Below are positions 1-8,986 of a stretch of 61,912 bases of DNA, in pieces; position 1 is the first letter of the stretch, and each line of letters opens with the position of its first letter. The stretch spans positions 1 to 61,912 of the forward strand of contig NZBM01000008.1 of assembly GCA_002687905.1 (NCBI GenBank). Direction: 5' to 3'. The stretch is from a bacterium. GTDB lineage: Bacteria; Patescibacteriota; Minisyncoccia; Phycocordibacterales; JABMNX01. Position numbers and translations under genes: made by a program. The notes beneath the pieces were generated by a model. The model was not told the origin of the DNA, ran no database searches, and saw only the letters and a list, made by a program, of their open reading frames with translations.

Positions 1-116
1 CGCTACCGGATCCAGTTTCCATATACGCCAGAGTGTTTCCGGCTACGGCTTGAAACAGCGTGTGGTATGCGAACTCAAAAAATGAAAATACTTGGTGCGA
101 TATGCTGGCATTTTAG

Positions 117-422
117 ATGCCGGATTCGATACAGCTCGGAGAGTATTCAATGAGCAGTGGTATGGATGGCATTTCGTACACAACCGCGACCGGGAAGGCA
201 GCCTCTGCGTCCGTTACCTCGGCTGAGGCGCGACAGGTGGAGATTAATTTTGACGTAATCAGTACGGGCAAATTAGTTGAAGCAGACGGACATTATAAAA
301 ATATCTTTGTGGGCGATACAGACCAGACAGACTATGCAAGATATGTACTTACTCTTGAGCCAGATGACGGTGACCCAGCTCCAGCAAAAGACCATATTGT
401 AGAAGGGGATTTGAAAAAATAG
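117..422 (+). CDS. hypothetical protein (101 aa)
   Basis: ORF track only; no motif recognised; bounded upstream by an in-frame TAG at 114-116. Confidence 0.3.
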   Translation: MPDSIQLGEYSMSSGMDGISYTTATGKAASASVTSAEARQVEINFDVISTGKLVEADGHYKNIFVGDTDQTDYARYVLTLEPDDGDPAPAKDHIVEGDLKK

Positions 423-506
423 ACCAGAATTTTGGGGTGTGTAAAGGTGGTTTTACATATCGACATTTTGGGTTAGAGTATATGCATTATCAATAATTGG
501 ATATAT

Positions 507-746
507 ATGAGTAGTTCAATATTTAATCGCGGAATGATGAGCACCAAGACAATGGTTATCGTTGTTGTTGTGCTTGTTGTCCTTGCAGGAGCGTACTACT
601 ACTTCTACGCAGGTGGCGGGGCAGTCACTGACGAAGTAGCGGACGAAATCGCAGCCGCAGCTGACGCTGTCATGGAAGATGACAGTGAGAGCCATGACGA
701 TGGTGACGCTATGGATAACGGAAGCGAGGACGCAGACGAAGAGTAA
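507..746 (+). CDS. small membrane-anchored protein with acidic C-terminal tail
   Basis: One hydrophobic helix (VIVVVVLVVLAGAYYYF) followed by a D/E-rich tail. Confidence 0.4.
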   Translation: MSSSIFNRGMMSTKTMVIVVVVLVVLAGAYYYFYAGGGAVTDEVADEIAAAADAVMEDDSESHDDGDAMDNGSEDADEE

Positions 747-769
747 TCTTCTTAATATCGGGCATCTGA

Positions 770-1087
770 TATATAGATGAGCTCTCGCTAACGTTTGCGT
801 TTGTCGCAGGGCTTGTTTCTTTTTTAAGCCCGTGTGTGCTACTTCTTATCCCGGGCTTCCTAGCATTTCTGGGTGGTAGTACCGTAGCTGAGGCTAAAGA
901 ACGCCGGATTGAAATTTTCATCAATTCGGTTTTCTTTGTTCTCGGGTTTTCACTTGTTTTTTCAGCACTAGGAGTGCTTTTAAACTCTTTTCTTTCAGGG
1001 GCGGCATATGATATACAATTGTGGCTTTCACGAATCGGTGGGGCATTAATAATCTTTTTCGGCCTCTTTTCCAATGCCAATGAGTAG
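770..1087 (+). pseudogene. ccdA: truncated CcdA/DsbD-family thiol-disulfide transporter (N-terminal ~105 aa only, no canonical start)
   Basis: The frame open from 770 reads ELSLTFAFVAGLVSFLSPCVLLLIPGFLAFLGG, the CcdA N-terminal Cys motif. The first canonical start (GTG 836) lies after that Cys. The ORF stops after the third TM helix, where full-length CcdA has about 230 aa. Confidence 0.55.
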
Positions 1088-1436
1088 AATTATTACGAAA
1101 ATCACCACCACGGCGACCGTAGGAAGAACCGCGTGCTTTGCGTTCTCTGGCAGTCCTTAATATCTCACTAATTTTTGAAAACATATATCGCAAGACAACA
1201 ATACAGCCACAAAATGGCTCTGTCAAAAGGGAATTATTACCTTAACTAGTTATCCACAATTGTGGCTAATTCGGGCTAGACGAGCGGGCGAGTTGATGTA
1301 TTCTGACAACATATCCGTTGATGCTTGCATTGGCGGATATATGGAAAACGTCACTCCGGTGGCGTTTTCCACTTTTAGGGGATATCGAAAAACTTTTTAT
1401 TTAGCAATGCTAGAATTAAGTTGTTGAATATTTTTT

Positions 1437-1934
1437 ATGGAGATTTATCCCTTTTTAACCATTTCTCATATCGTAGGGATCGTACTTGGAGTTGGTGGTG
1501 CCACCTTTGCGGAGTTTTTATATCTACGCGCACTTAAAGACGGGGTAGTAGATGCGGAGGAAAAGATAATCCTCGATACGACGTATCGGATAATCCGGAT
1601 AGGACTTTTTCTTGCTGTAATATCGGGGTTTGGTTTCCTGCTTTTATTCCGCTTTACAGGAGCTGAAGAGCGCCTACTTGACCCAAAGCTCTGGGCAAAG
1701 ATGAGTATCGTGATAATTCTTGCATTTAACGCAGTACTGCTTACGATGCATAAAATTCCTTTCTGGCTTGGCTCGTCACTTTCCCTTACTTCTTGGTATG
1801 CCGCACTAATATTGGGTTCTTGGCGGCCATACCCATACTCATTTATGGAGACCATAATTGCCTACGTAATAGCAGTCTTTGTTGTGGCGTATATCCTTCA
1901 CCTTATTAGGAGTAGATTCTTACGAAAATCATGA
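1437..1934 (+). CDS. polytopic membrane protein, unknown function
   Basis: 165 aa with about 4 hydrophobic helices; stop overlaps the next start (ATGA). Confidence 0.5.
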   Translation: MEIYPFLTISHIVGIVLGVGGATFAEFLYLRALKDGVVDAEEKIILDTTYRIIRIGLFLAVISGFGFLLLFRFTGAEERLLDPKLWAKMSIVIILAFNAVLLTMHKIPFWLGSSLSLTSWYAALILGSWRPYPYSFMETIIAYVIAVFVVAYILHLIRSRFLRKS

Positions 1935-2386
1935 GCAGTATATTTACCACAATGCTAATAACTCATGTAGTAGTAGGAATAATAGGAGTCTCTGCCTCCT
2001 ACGCGCTTTTAATGGCAATCCTCAAGAAAAAGCCATCTCTCTGGTTTATGAAGCTTTCTGCTTTAATAGCATTCCTTTCTTACTTAGTGTCTTGGGGATC
2101 CGGTGGCTACTACTATGTTCTTCGTTATGGAGCAGAAGTGAAACCAGTCATAAAAGCGGGGGATTATCCTTGGGCTCACGGAATATTTATGGAGTCTAAA
2201 GAGCACATTTTTCTATTTATCCCAGTCCTTATTTTCACAACACTTTTTATTTTGTGGACACATGGCCACGATGTATTGGCTAATAAAGATTTAAAGAGAG
2301 CACTAGCATTTCTGGTATTTATAATATTCTTGTTAGCGCTTTTCGTTACACTTTCAGGAATAATAGTTTCAGATTCAGCCGGATAA
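1931..2386 (+). CDS. polytopic membrane protein, unknown function
   Basis: 151 aa with about 4 hydrophobic helices; translationally coupled to its neighbours. Confidence 0.5.
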   Translation: MSSIFTTMLITHVVVGIIGVSASYALLMAILKKKPSLWFMKLSALIAFLSYLVSWGSGGYYYVLRYGAEVKPVIKAGDYPWAHGIFMESKEHIFLFIPVLIFTTLFILWTHGHDVLANKDLKRALAFLVFIIFLLALFVTLSGIIVSDSAG

Positions 2387-2387
2387 T

Positions 2388-2717
2388 ATGAAGACTTCAC
2401 GAAAAAATAAATTAGTTAGTGCGTTTCTTGTAAGTTCCGCGCTTTCTGTGATTGCAGTTGTAGTCCTCACAATAGGGGGAGAGCTTTATAAACCGCTTAA
2501 GAATTGGCTAGCTGAAACCTTTACTCATCACTGGGTTGGCAAGGGAATACTAACTTTCGTCGGTTTTTACATTCTTGGACTCCTACTTCAAGTATTTGGA
2601 AGTAGGAGTATTAAAATTGTAATAGGGTTAATATACTTACTTTCATTTGTTGCGCTTATCGGAGCTCTTGCTATTATCGGGTTCTATTATTACGAAGTAT
2701 TTATAGTTGCTCACTAA
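2388..2717 (+). CDS. small membrane protein, unknown function
   Basis: 109 aa with about 3 hydrophobic helices. Confidence 0.45.
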   Translation: MKTSRKNKLVSAFLVSSALSVIAVVVLTIGGELYKPLKNWLAETFTHHWVGKGILTFVGFYILGLLLQVFGSRSIKIVIGLIYLLSFVALIGALAIIGFYYYEVFIVAH

Positions 2718-2720
2718 ATA

Positions 2721-3317
2721 ATGAAAAAGAAAAAAATTTTTATCTTACTCGGTCATCCAGATACTGAAACCTCCGTAGGCTCATTTGCAGATGAATACGA
2801 AAGAGGGGCGAAAGAAGCAGATCACGAAGTTCATAGAATAAATATTAGTGATTTAAATTTTGATCCAATTCTTCACAAAGGTTACAAGGAGATCCAAGAA
2901 TTAGAGCCAGATTTGAAAAGGGTTCAAGAAGAGATGAAATGGGCAGACCATTATGTATTCCTTTACCCAAACTGGTGGTGCACAATGCCAGCAGTACTAA
3001 AAGGAATGTTTGATCGTATGTTTTTGCCAGGCTTTGCTTTTAATTACAGGAAGAACAAAAAAGGTGGAAATACTATCTTTTGGGACAAGCTGCTATCTGG
3101 AAAAAGTGCTCGTATAGTTGTAACAACTGGTTCACACCCACTTCTCATACGTATTTTCTTTGGTGACTATACAAATGAATTATCTAGGGGTATTCTCGGT
3201 TTTGCCGGAGTCTCACCAGTTAGGGTAAGCGTCTTTGGGCCTTGCGGAGATACTCCTCCTAAAAAGAAGGAGGGATGGAAAAAGAAGATGTACAGTCTCG
3301 GTAGAAAAGGAATCTAG
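2721..3317 (+). CDS. flavodoxin-like fold NAD(P)H oxidoreductase (NQO/KefF/MdaB-like)
   Basis: KIFILLGHP N-terminus and ADHYVFLYPNWWCTMPAVLKGMFDR segment, typical of Flavodoxin_2 quinone reductases. Confidence 0.7.
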   Translation: MKKKKIFILLGHPDTETSVGSFADEYERGAKEADHEVHRINISDLNFDPILHKGYKEIQELEPDLKRVQEEMKWADHYVFLYPNWWCTMPAVLKGMFDRMFLPGFAFNYRKNKKGGNTIFWDKLLSGKSARIVVTTGSHPLLIRIFFGDYTNELSRGILGFAGVSPVRVSVFGPCGDTPPKKKEGWKKKMYSLGRKGI

Positions 3318-3318
3318 G

Positions 3319-4416
3319 ATGTCACTATCAATAGGAATAGTAGGCCTACCTAATGTAGGCAAATCTACGCTTTTTAATGCGTTAACTAAAAAATCGGTTC
3401 CAGCCGAGAATTTTCCGTTTTGTACAATTGACCCTTCCGTTGGTGTGGTAGCAGTTCCAGATAATCGACTCACTCGATTGAGTCGATTATCAAATTCTGA
3501 GAAAACAATCTCTGCAGTAATTGAGTTTGTAGATATTGCAGGGCTTGTAAAAGGAGCTGCAGAAGGTGAAGGACTAGGGAACCAGTTTCTCTCAAATATC
3601 CGCGAAGTGGATGCAATAGCTGAAGTGGTAAGAATTTTTGACGACACAGACATTACGCATGTGCATGGCGAGGTGGATCCAGTGCGAGATATTGAAGTGA
3701 TAAATCTTGAGCTCATGATGGCGGATCTTCAGACGGTAAGCAAAAGACAGGGAAGTGTAGCAAAAGACGTTAAGCGAAATGATAAGGATGCAATCTTTAA
3801 AGACGCTGTTTTAACAAAACTCTCACAAGGACTTGAAGGAGGAAAATTAGCAAATCAACTTGAGCTTAGTAAAGAAGAATTAGAGGTGGTAAAAGGACTC
3901 CATCTTCTTACAATGAAGCCAGTTCTCTATGTACTCAATAAAAAGAATGGGGCGTTTAATTTTGATGATGAGAATGATGAGAGATTTAATAAACTAGTTG
4001 AGTTACTTCAAAGTATTGGAGCAAAGTATGTAATAGTTGATGTTGGTGTAGAGCACGAACTTCGTGATGTAAGTGGTGAAGATAAAGAGACGTTTAGGAG
4101 AGAGTTTGGTGTAGTTGAGGATGGAGTGGATAATTTAATACGAGTTGGGTATGAACTTTTGGGCCTCATCACTTTTTTCACAACAGGAGAGAAAGAGACA
4201 CGTGCGTGGACTATTAAAAAAGATTGGATTGCGCCTGAGGCAGGGGCTGCAATTCACTCTGATTTCAGAGATAAATTTATTCGTGCTGATGTAATAGAGT
4301 GGGGGCGACTTCTATCAGCAGGATCATACGTAAAGGCAAAAGAAAATGGAGAGCTAAAAACCGTTGGGAAAGATTATATTGTTAAAGATGGTGACGTTAT
4401 AGAGTTCAGGATTTGA
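3319..4416 (+). CDS. ychF: redox-regulated ribosome-binding ATPase YchF
   Basis: MSLSIGIVGLPNVGKSTLFNALT P-loop, GLGNQFL, C-terminal TGS-like DGDVIEFRI. Start moved to ATG 3319 because the track ORF begins inside the previous gene. Confidence 0.9.
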   Translation: MSLSIGIVGLPNVGKSTLFNALTKKSVPAENFPFCTIDPSVGVVAVPDNRLTRLSRLSNSEKTISAVIEFVDIAGLVKGAAEGEGLGNQFLSNIREVDAIAEVVRIFDDTDITHVHGEVDPVRDIEVINLELMMADLQTVSKRQGSVAKDVKRNDKDAIFKDAVLTKLSQGLEGGKLANQLELSKEELEVVKGLHLLTMKPVLYVLNKKNGAFNFDDENDERFNKLVELLQSIGAKYVIVDVGVEHELRDVSGEDKETFRREFGVVEDGVDNLIRVGYELLGLITFFTTGEKETRAWTIKKDWIAPEAGAAIHSDFRDKFIRADVIEWGRLLSAGSYVKAKENGELKTVGKDYIVKDGDVIEFRI

Positions 4417-4457
4417 TTTACACTTACATAATAGTGTTGTACGATTAGCGTGTATTT

Positions 4458-5387
4458 ATGGAACATAAAGCAAAAATGACACCGAAAGACTTTTTCCTCT
4501 GGGTTGCTGCAACTGTTGCACTTTATGTAAGTGCTGTTAGTCTTCTAGCACTTCTTTTTGAGTATATAGATGTTGTTTTTGCTGATCCTCTAAGGAGTTA
4601 CCAATTCTCTGGTCCAATTAGATTCGCGATGGCTTCTCTTATCATTATTTTCCCGCTCTATATTTATCTCACTCGAAAGCTAAATCAGGATATTAGAGTA
4701 AATCCCGAAAAAAAGGATATTGGAATACGAAAGTGGCTTCTTTTTCTTACTTTATTTATTGCCGGGATCACAATAGTGATCGATCTTATTGTTCTCATAA
4801 ATACCTTTCTTGGCGGGCAAGAATTAACTACTGCATTTCTCCTAAAAGTCCTTTCAGTACTTGTAGTGATCGGTGGCATATTTTTCTACTACCTAAAGGA
4901 TCTTAAAGGTAAATGGGAGCGTGAACCACAGATGTCAAAAAATATTGGCTGGCTTGTATCAGCTGTCGTACTTCTCTCGATTGTTGGAGGGTTCTTTATA
5001 ATTGGATCTCCACAGACACAGCGACTCTTGCGTATTGATCAAGAGAAAGTAAATGACCTTTCCTCAATTCAACACCAAATCACAAGCTTCTATCAGCAAA
5101 AGGAGCGCTTGCCGAGAGATTTAGACGAGCTTTCTGACCCACTTGTGGGATTCATCTTGCCAACTGATCCACAGACTGATGAGAATTATGGTTACTCGGT
5201 GAAGGGAACTCTAACATTTGAGCTTTGCGCTGAATTTAACAAAGAAAGTTCAGAGAAAGAGACAAGGGCAATACGTACACCATTTGGTAAAGTGGTAGAT
5301 TCAAATTGGGCACACGGTGTTGGAGAGGTTTGTTTTGAGAGAACAATAGACCCAGATAAATTTCCACCACTGAAGTTACTTAGGTAA
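4458..5387 (+). CDS. multi-pass membrane protein (DUF5671-like N-terminal domain)
   Basis: 309 aa; about 6 N-terminal TM helices then a soluble C-terminal domain; the DUF5671 assignment is from memory of CPR proteins. Confidence 0.55.
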   Translation: MEHKAKMTPKDFFLWVAATVALYVSAVSLLALLFEYIDVVFADPLRSYQFSGPIRFAMASLIIIFPLYIYLTRKLNQDIRVNPEKKDIGIRKWLLFLTLFIAGITIVIDLIVLINTFLGGQELTTAFLLKVLSVLVVIGGIFFYYLKDLKGKWEREPQMSKNIGWLVSAVVLLSIVGGFFIIGSPQTQRLLRIDQEKVNDLSSIQHQITSFYQQKERLPRDLDELSDPLVGFILPTDPQTDENYGYSVKGTLTFELCAEFNKESSEKETRAIRTPFGKVVDSNWAHGVGEVCFERTIDPDKFPPLKLLR

Positions 5388-5407
5388 ACCATGCGCTCGT
5401 ATGATCA

Positions 5408-5437
5408 CCCCATTACAAAGCAAAGCTTGTAACGGGG
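5408..5437 (+). repeat. minimal hairpin copy D of the inverted-repeat element family, between the two copies of the leuS start
   Basis: CCCCATTACAA...TTGTAACGGGG (one A-C mismatch); termini resemble copies A-C. Confidence 0.5.
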
Positions 5438-5472
5438 CAAGCCAAAAGATTAAAGAAACATATAAATAAAAA

Positions 5473-7854
5473 ATGCGTTCGTATGACCACAGGAAAATAG
5501 AGGCTAAATGGCAAGAGAAGTGGGAGAAAGAAAAACTATATGAAGTTAAAGATGAAGTAGCGGGACGCAAGAACCGCTACGTTTTGGTTGAATATCCATA
5601 CCCCTCTGGGAATCTTCATATTGGACACTGGTATGCATTTTCTGTGCCTGACATATACGCCCGCGCAAAGAGAATGCAGGGAGAGAATGTTCTCTTTCCA
5701 ATGGGCTTTGACTCCTTTGGTCTTCCTGCAGAAAACGCTGCAATAAAGAATAAAGTAGATCCGAGAGAGTGGACAGAGGAGAATATAAAGACAATGACGA
5801 AGCAGTTAAAGAGTATGGGAAACTCTTTTGATTGGTCGCGAAGACTGGCTGCGTCAGATCCAGATTATTACAAATGGACACAGTGGCTCTTTCTTAAGTT
5901 TCTTGACGCGGGTCTCGCGTATCGCGGGAAGGCGGCAGTTAATTGGGACCCAGTAGACCAGACCGTGCTTGCAAATGAACAAGTTCTTCCAGACGGAACG
6001 GGCGAGCGCTCAGGCGCAAAAGTTGAAAGAAGGTATTTAGAACAGTGGTTTATCCGCATTACAGATTACGCAGATCGTCTCGTTGATGATTTAGAGGTTT
6101 TGGAGTGGCCGGAGCAAATAAAGGAGTCGCAAAGGAACTGGATAGGGAGAAAAAGCGGAGCAGAGATTGATTTTAAAGTCACCGGGACTTCAGAGAAGAT
6201 AAAAGTTTTCACAACAAGACCCGATACTCTCTTTGGTGCAACATACATGGTTCTTGCTCCCGAGCATGAGCTAGCAGAGAAGCTAAAAAATAGTATTTCA
6301 AACTGGTCAAAGGTTACTAAGTATATAAAAGAGGCAGAACTTAAATCTGATATTGATAGAACAGCACTCGATAAAGAAAAAACAGGAGTGCTACTTGAAG
6401 GGGTATCAGCAATTAATCCAGCAAACGAAAGTGAGATACCGGTTTACATCGCTGATTATGTCCTTGCCCACTATGGTACTGGGGCGATTATGGCAGTTCC
6501 CGCACACGATGAGCGTGATCATGAATTTGCAGTGAAATTTGGTATTGAAGAAGTAGAAGTAGTTGAAGGAGGAAACATTCCATACACCGGAGAGGGAATT
6601 CTTAAAAACTCAGGCGAGTTTAATGGAATGGATAATGAAGATGCAAAGATAAAAATAACCGAGCGTGTTGGGGGAGCGCTTACAAACAATTACAAGCTTC
6701 GCGACTGGCTAGTCTCTCGCCAGCGCTACTGGGGTGCGCCAATTCCGGTTGTTTATGATCCAAATGGAAATCCTCATCCTATTCCAGAGGAGCACCTGCC
6801 GTGGCTTTTACCGCAGGACATCAGCTTTGATGTAAAAGGAAAATCGCCACTTAGCACTTCCAAGGAATTTGTAGAACGAACAGAGAGTATCTTTGGGCAG
6901 GGGTGGACCCCAGAGATGGATACTTTCGACACTTTTGTTGATTCTTCCTGGTATTTCTTAAGATATCTTGACCCAAAAAATGAAAGTGACTTCTCAGACA
7001 TAAAGAAACAAAAGAAATGGATGCCGGTTGATATGTACTCTGGTGGCGCGGAGCACACGACTATGCACGTCCTTTATTCTAGGTTTTTCTACAAGGCACT
7101 CTTTGACCTGAAGCTTGTAACCGATAAGGAGCCTTACAAAGTAAGAATGAATAGAGGAATAATTCTTGGAACAGATGGTGCAAAGATGAGTAAAAGCAAA
7201 GGTAATGTCATTGACCCTGACGATCAAGTTAAAAATGTCGGTGCAGATTGTGTGAAAATGTACCTCGCATTTGTTGGACCCTATGGAGAGGTTGGAACAT
7301 ATCCGTGGGATATGGGAGGAATTGCGGGTATCAGACGTTTTCTTGAGAGGGTGTGGGGTGTTTCGGAGAAAGTAGAAGGCACTGAGACAAGTGAGAACGT
7401 TAGAAGAGAGCTTAATAAGACTATAAAAAAGGTGGAAGAGGATATAGACGAATTTAAATTTAACACCGCAATAAGCCAGATGATGATTCTTGTAAACAAA
7501 ATTGAAAAAGAGGGCCCGATATCAAAAGGTGATTTTATGAAATTCCTAAGAGTACTTGCTCCGTTTGCGCCACATTTAACTGAAGAGATATGGGAAGGCA
7601 TTGGCAATAAGAAATCATTACACCTAGATGATTGGCCGATTTATGAGGAGAAGTATCTACAAAGTGAGGAGGTAAAAATAGCTGTTCAGGTAAACGGCAA
7701 AGTGCGGGCAACGATATCTATACCAACAGATTCATCTGAAGAAGAGACTATAAAGGTGGCAAAAAAGGACAATGTGGTTAGCAAGTGGTTAGGGGACAGT
7801 AAGGTTAAAAAACAGATCTATGTTAAAAATAGGCTCATAAACTTCGTCACTTGA
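5473..7854 (+). CDS. leuS: leucyl-tRNA synthetase
   Basis: PYPSGNLHIGH (HIGH), KMSKSKGN (KMSKS), 793 aa. Confidence 0.95.
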   Translation: MRSYDHRKIEAKWQEKWEKEKLYEVKDEVAGRKNRYVLVEYPYPSGNLHIGHWYAFSVPDIYARAKRMQGENVLFPMGFDSFGLPAENAAIKNKVDPREWTEENIKTMTKQLKSMGNSFDWSRRLAASDPDYYKWTQWLFLKFLDAGLAYRGKAAVNWDPVDQTVLANEQVLPDGTGERSGAKVERRYLEQWFIRITDYADRLVDDLEVLEWPEQIKESQRNWIGRKSGAEIDFKVTGTSEKIKVFTTRPDTLFGATYMVLAPEHELAEKLKNSISNWSKVTKYIKEAELKSDIDRTALDKEKTGVLLEGVSAINPANESEIPVYIADYVLAHYGTGAIMAVPAHDERDHEFAVKFGIEEVEVVEGGNIPYTGEGILKNSGEFNGMDNEDAKIKITERVGGALTNNYKLRDWLVSRQRYWGAPIPVVYDPNGNPHPIPEEHLPWLLPQDISFDVKGKSPLSTSKEFVERTESIFGQGWTPEMDTFDTFVDSSWYFLRYLDPKNESDFSDIKKQKKWMPVDMYSGGAEHTTMHVLYSRFFYKALFDLKLVTDKEPYKVRMNRGIILGTDGAKMSKSKGNVIDPDDQVKNVGADCVKMYLAFVGPYGEVGTYPWDMGGIAGIRRFLERVWGVSEKVEGTETSENVRRELNKTIKKVEEDIDEFKFNTAISQMMILVNKIEKEGPISKGDFMKFLRVLAPFAPHLTEEIWEGIGNKKSLHLDDWPIYEEKYLQSEEVKIAVQVNGKVRATISIPTDSSEEETIKVAKKDNVVSKWLGDSKVKKQIYVKNRLINFVT

Positions 7855-7910
7855 CAGACCCTTGACTAACTGGCAGGGTAGTGATACAAACAACGGGACA
7901 AAAAACCTAA

Positions 7911-8939
7911 ATGGCAACACTTACTTTTAAACCAAAGAATGTCACAAAACAGCTTCTCTCTGTGCTGCCCGATCGCGCTCAAGATGTTTTAACTAGTCGT
8001 TACGGACTTGGTATAAAGTCTGAAAAAATGACACTAGAGGCGATCGGAAAGAAGTATGGCATTACACGTGAGCGTGTGCGTCAGATTGAGAATTATGCAC
8101 TTACCAATATAAGGAAGTCTGATGAATTTGATGAGGCAAAGGAGTATTTTGATGAAATAGAGAGAGTTATAGATTCTCTTGGGGGACTTGTTTCGGAAGA
8201 GGAGCTTTTAAATGAAATTTCAAAAGATTCAAGTACACAAAACCATATCCATTTTCTTCTTGTGCTTGGAAATACTTTCATTAAAAAGAAAGAGGATTCA
8301 GAATTCGGGCATCGCTGGTATGTTGACGAGGGATTAGCCGACGAAGTCCACAAAGCACTGCGAAGTCTTTATACGGGTCTTTCTGATGACGATTTAATTC
8401 CAGAGTCTGAGATGTTAAATGCATTTCTTGAGGAGGTTAAAAACCTAAATCAAAAGTACAAAAATGAAGAGATTCTTAGACGATGGCTATCTCTTTCAAA
8501 AGGACTTGGGAAAAATCCACTTGGTGAGTGGGGTGTGGCTCAATCTTCAAATGTTAAAGCTAAAGGAATGAGAGATTATGCATATCTAGCTATAAAGCGA
8601 CACGGTTCTCCAATGCACTTTACTGAAGTGGCGAAGGCTATTGCCGAATTATTTAACAGGAAAGCTCACGTTGCGACTTGTCACAATGAGTTAATTAAAG
8701 ACAAGAGGTTTGTGTTGGTGGGCAGGGGTCTTTACGCTCTTACAGAATGGGGTTACACAAGCGGAGTAGTAAAGGAAGTAATAAAAGAAATCCTTGGCGA
8801 GAGCGGACCCCTTTCAAGAGAAGACATTATAGATAAAGTTAGAAAAGAAAGGTACGTTAAGGTCAATACTGTTTTGGTTAATCTACAGGACACTTCAGTT
8901 TTCAAAAGAGATAAACAAGGTAAATACACTCTAGCGTAA
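7911..8939 (+). CDS. sigma-70 region-4-like HTH protein with C-terminal HARE-HTH-like domain
   Basis: TLEAIGKKYGITRERVRQIENYAL (sigma region 4 type HTH); C-terminal YLAIKRHGSPMHFTEVAKAI resembles the delta-subunit/HARE-HTH fold. Confidence 0.6.
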   Translation: MATLTFKPKNVTKQLLSVLPDRAQDVLTSRYGLGIKSEKMTLEAIGKKYGITRERVRQIENYALTNIRKSDEFDEAKEYFDEIERVIDSLGGLVSEEELLNEISKDSSTQNHIHFLLVLGNTFIKKKEDSEFGHRWYVDEGLADEVHKALRSLYTGLSDDDLIPESEMLNAFLEEVKNLNQKYKNEEILRRWLSLSKGLGKNPLGEWGVAQSSNVKAKGMRDYAYLAIKRHGSPMHFTEVAKAIAELFNRKAHVATCHNELIKDKRFVLVGRGLYALTEWGYTSGVVKEVIKEILGESGPLSREDIIDKVRKERYVKVNTVLVNLQDTSVFKRDKQGKYTLA

Positions 8940-8986
8940 TCTTATTCACGAATCTTTTTGAGCCTGCTTAAGGGCGGCTTGTTTTG

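Noticed and set aside
1-116. Partial gene at the left window edge
   Set aside because: Several frames are open on both strands over only ~100 nt, none with a recognisable motif. This is too little sequence to call.
921-1226. 101-aa minus-strand ORF overlapping the ccdA remnant
   Set aside because: About half of it is antisense to recognisable CcdA coding sequence. It has no motif and no plausible expression signals.
5171-5178. Hammerhead-like CTGATGAG core
   Set aside because: It lies inside the coding sequence of the membrane protein and has no matching CGAAA strand or flanking helices.
5388-5472. T-box leaders upstream of leuS, trpS, aspS, cysS, alaS and gltX
   Set aside because: The spacers are mostly under 90 nt, far shorter than a T-box. 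No specifier-loop/antiterminator arrangement or T-box consensus is visible.
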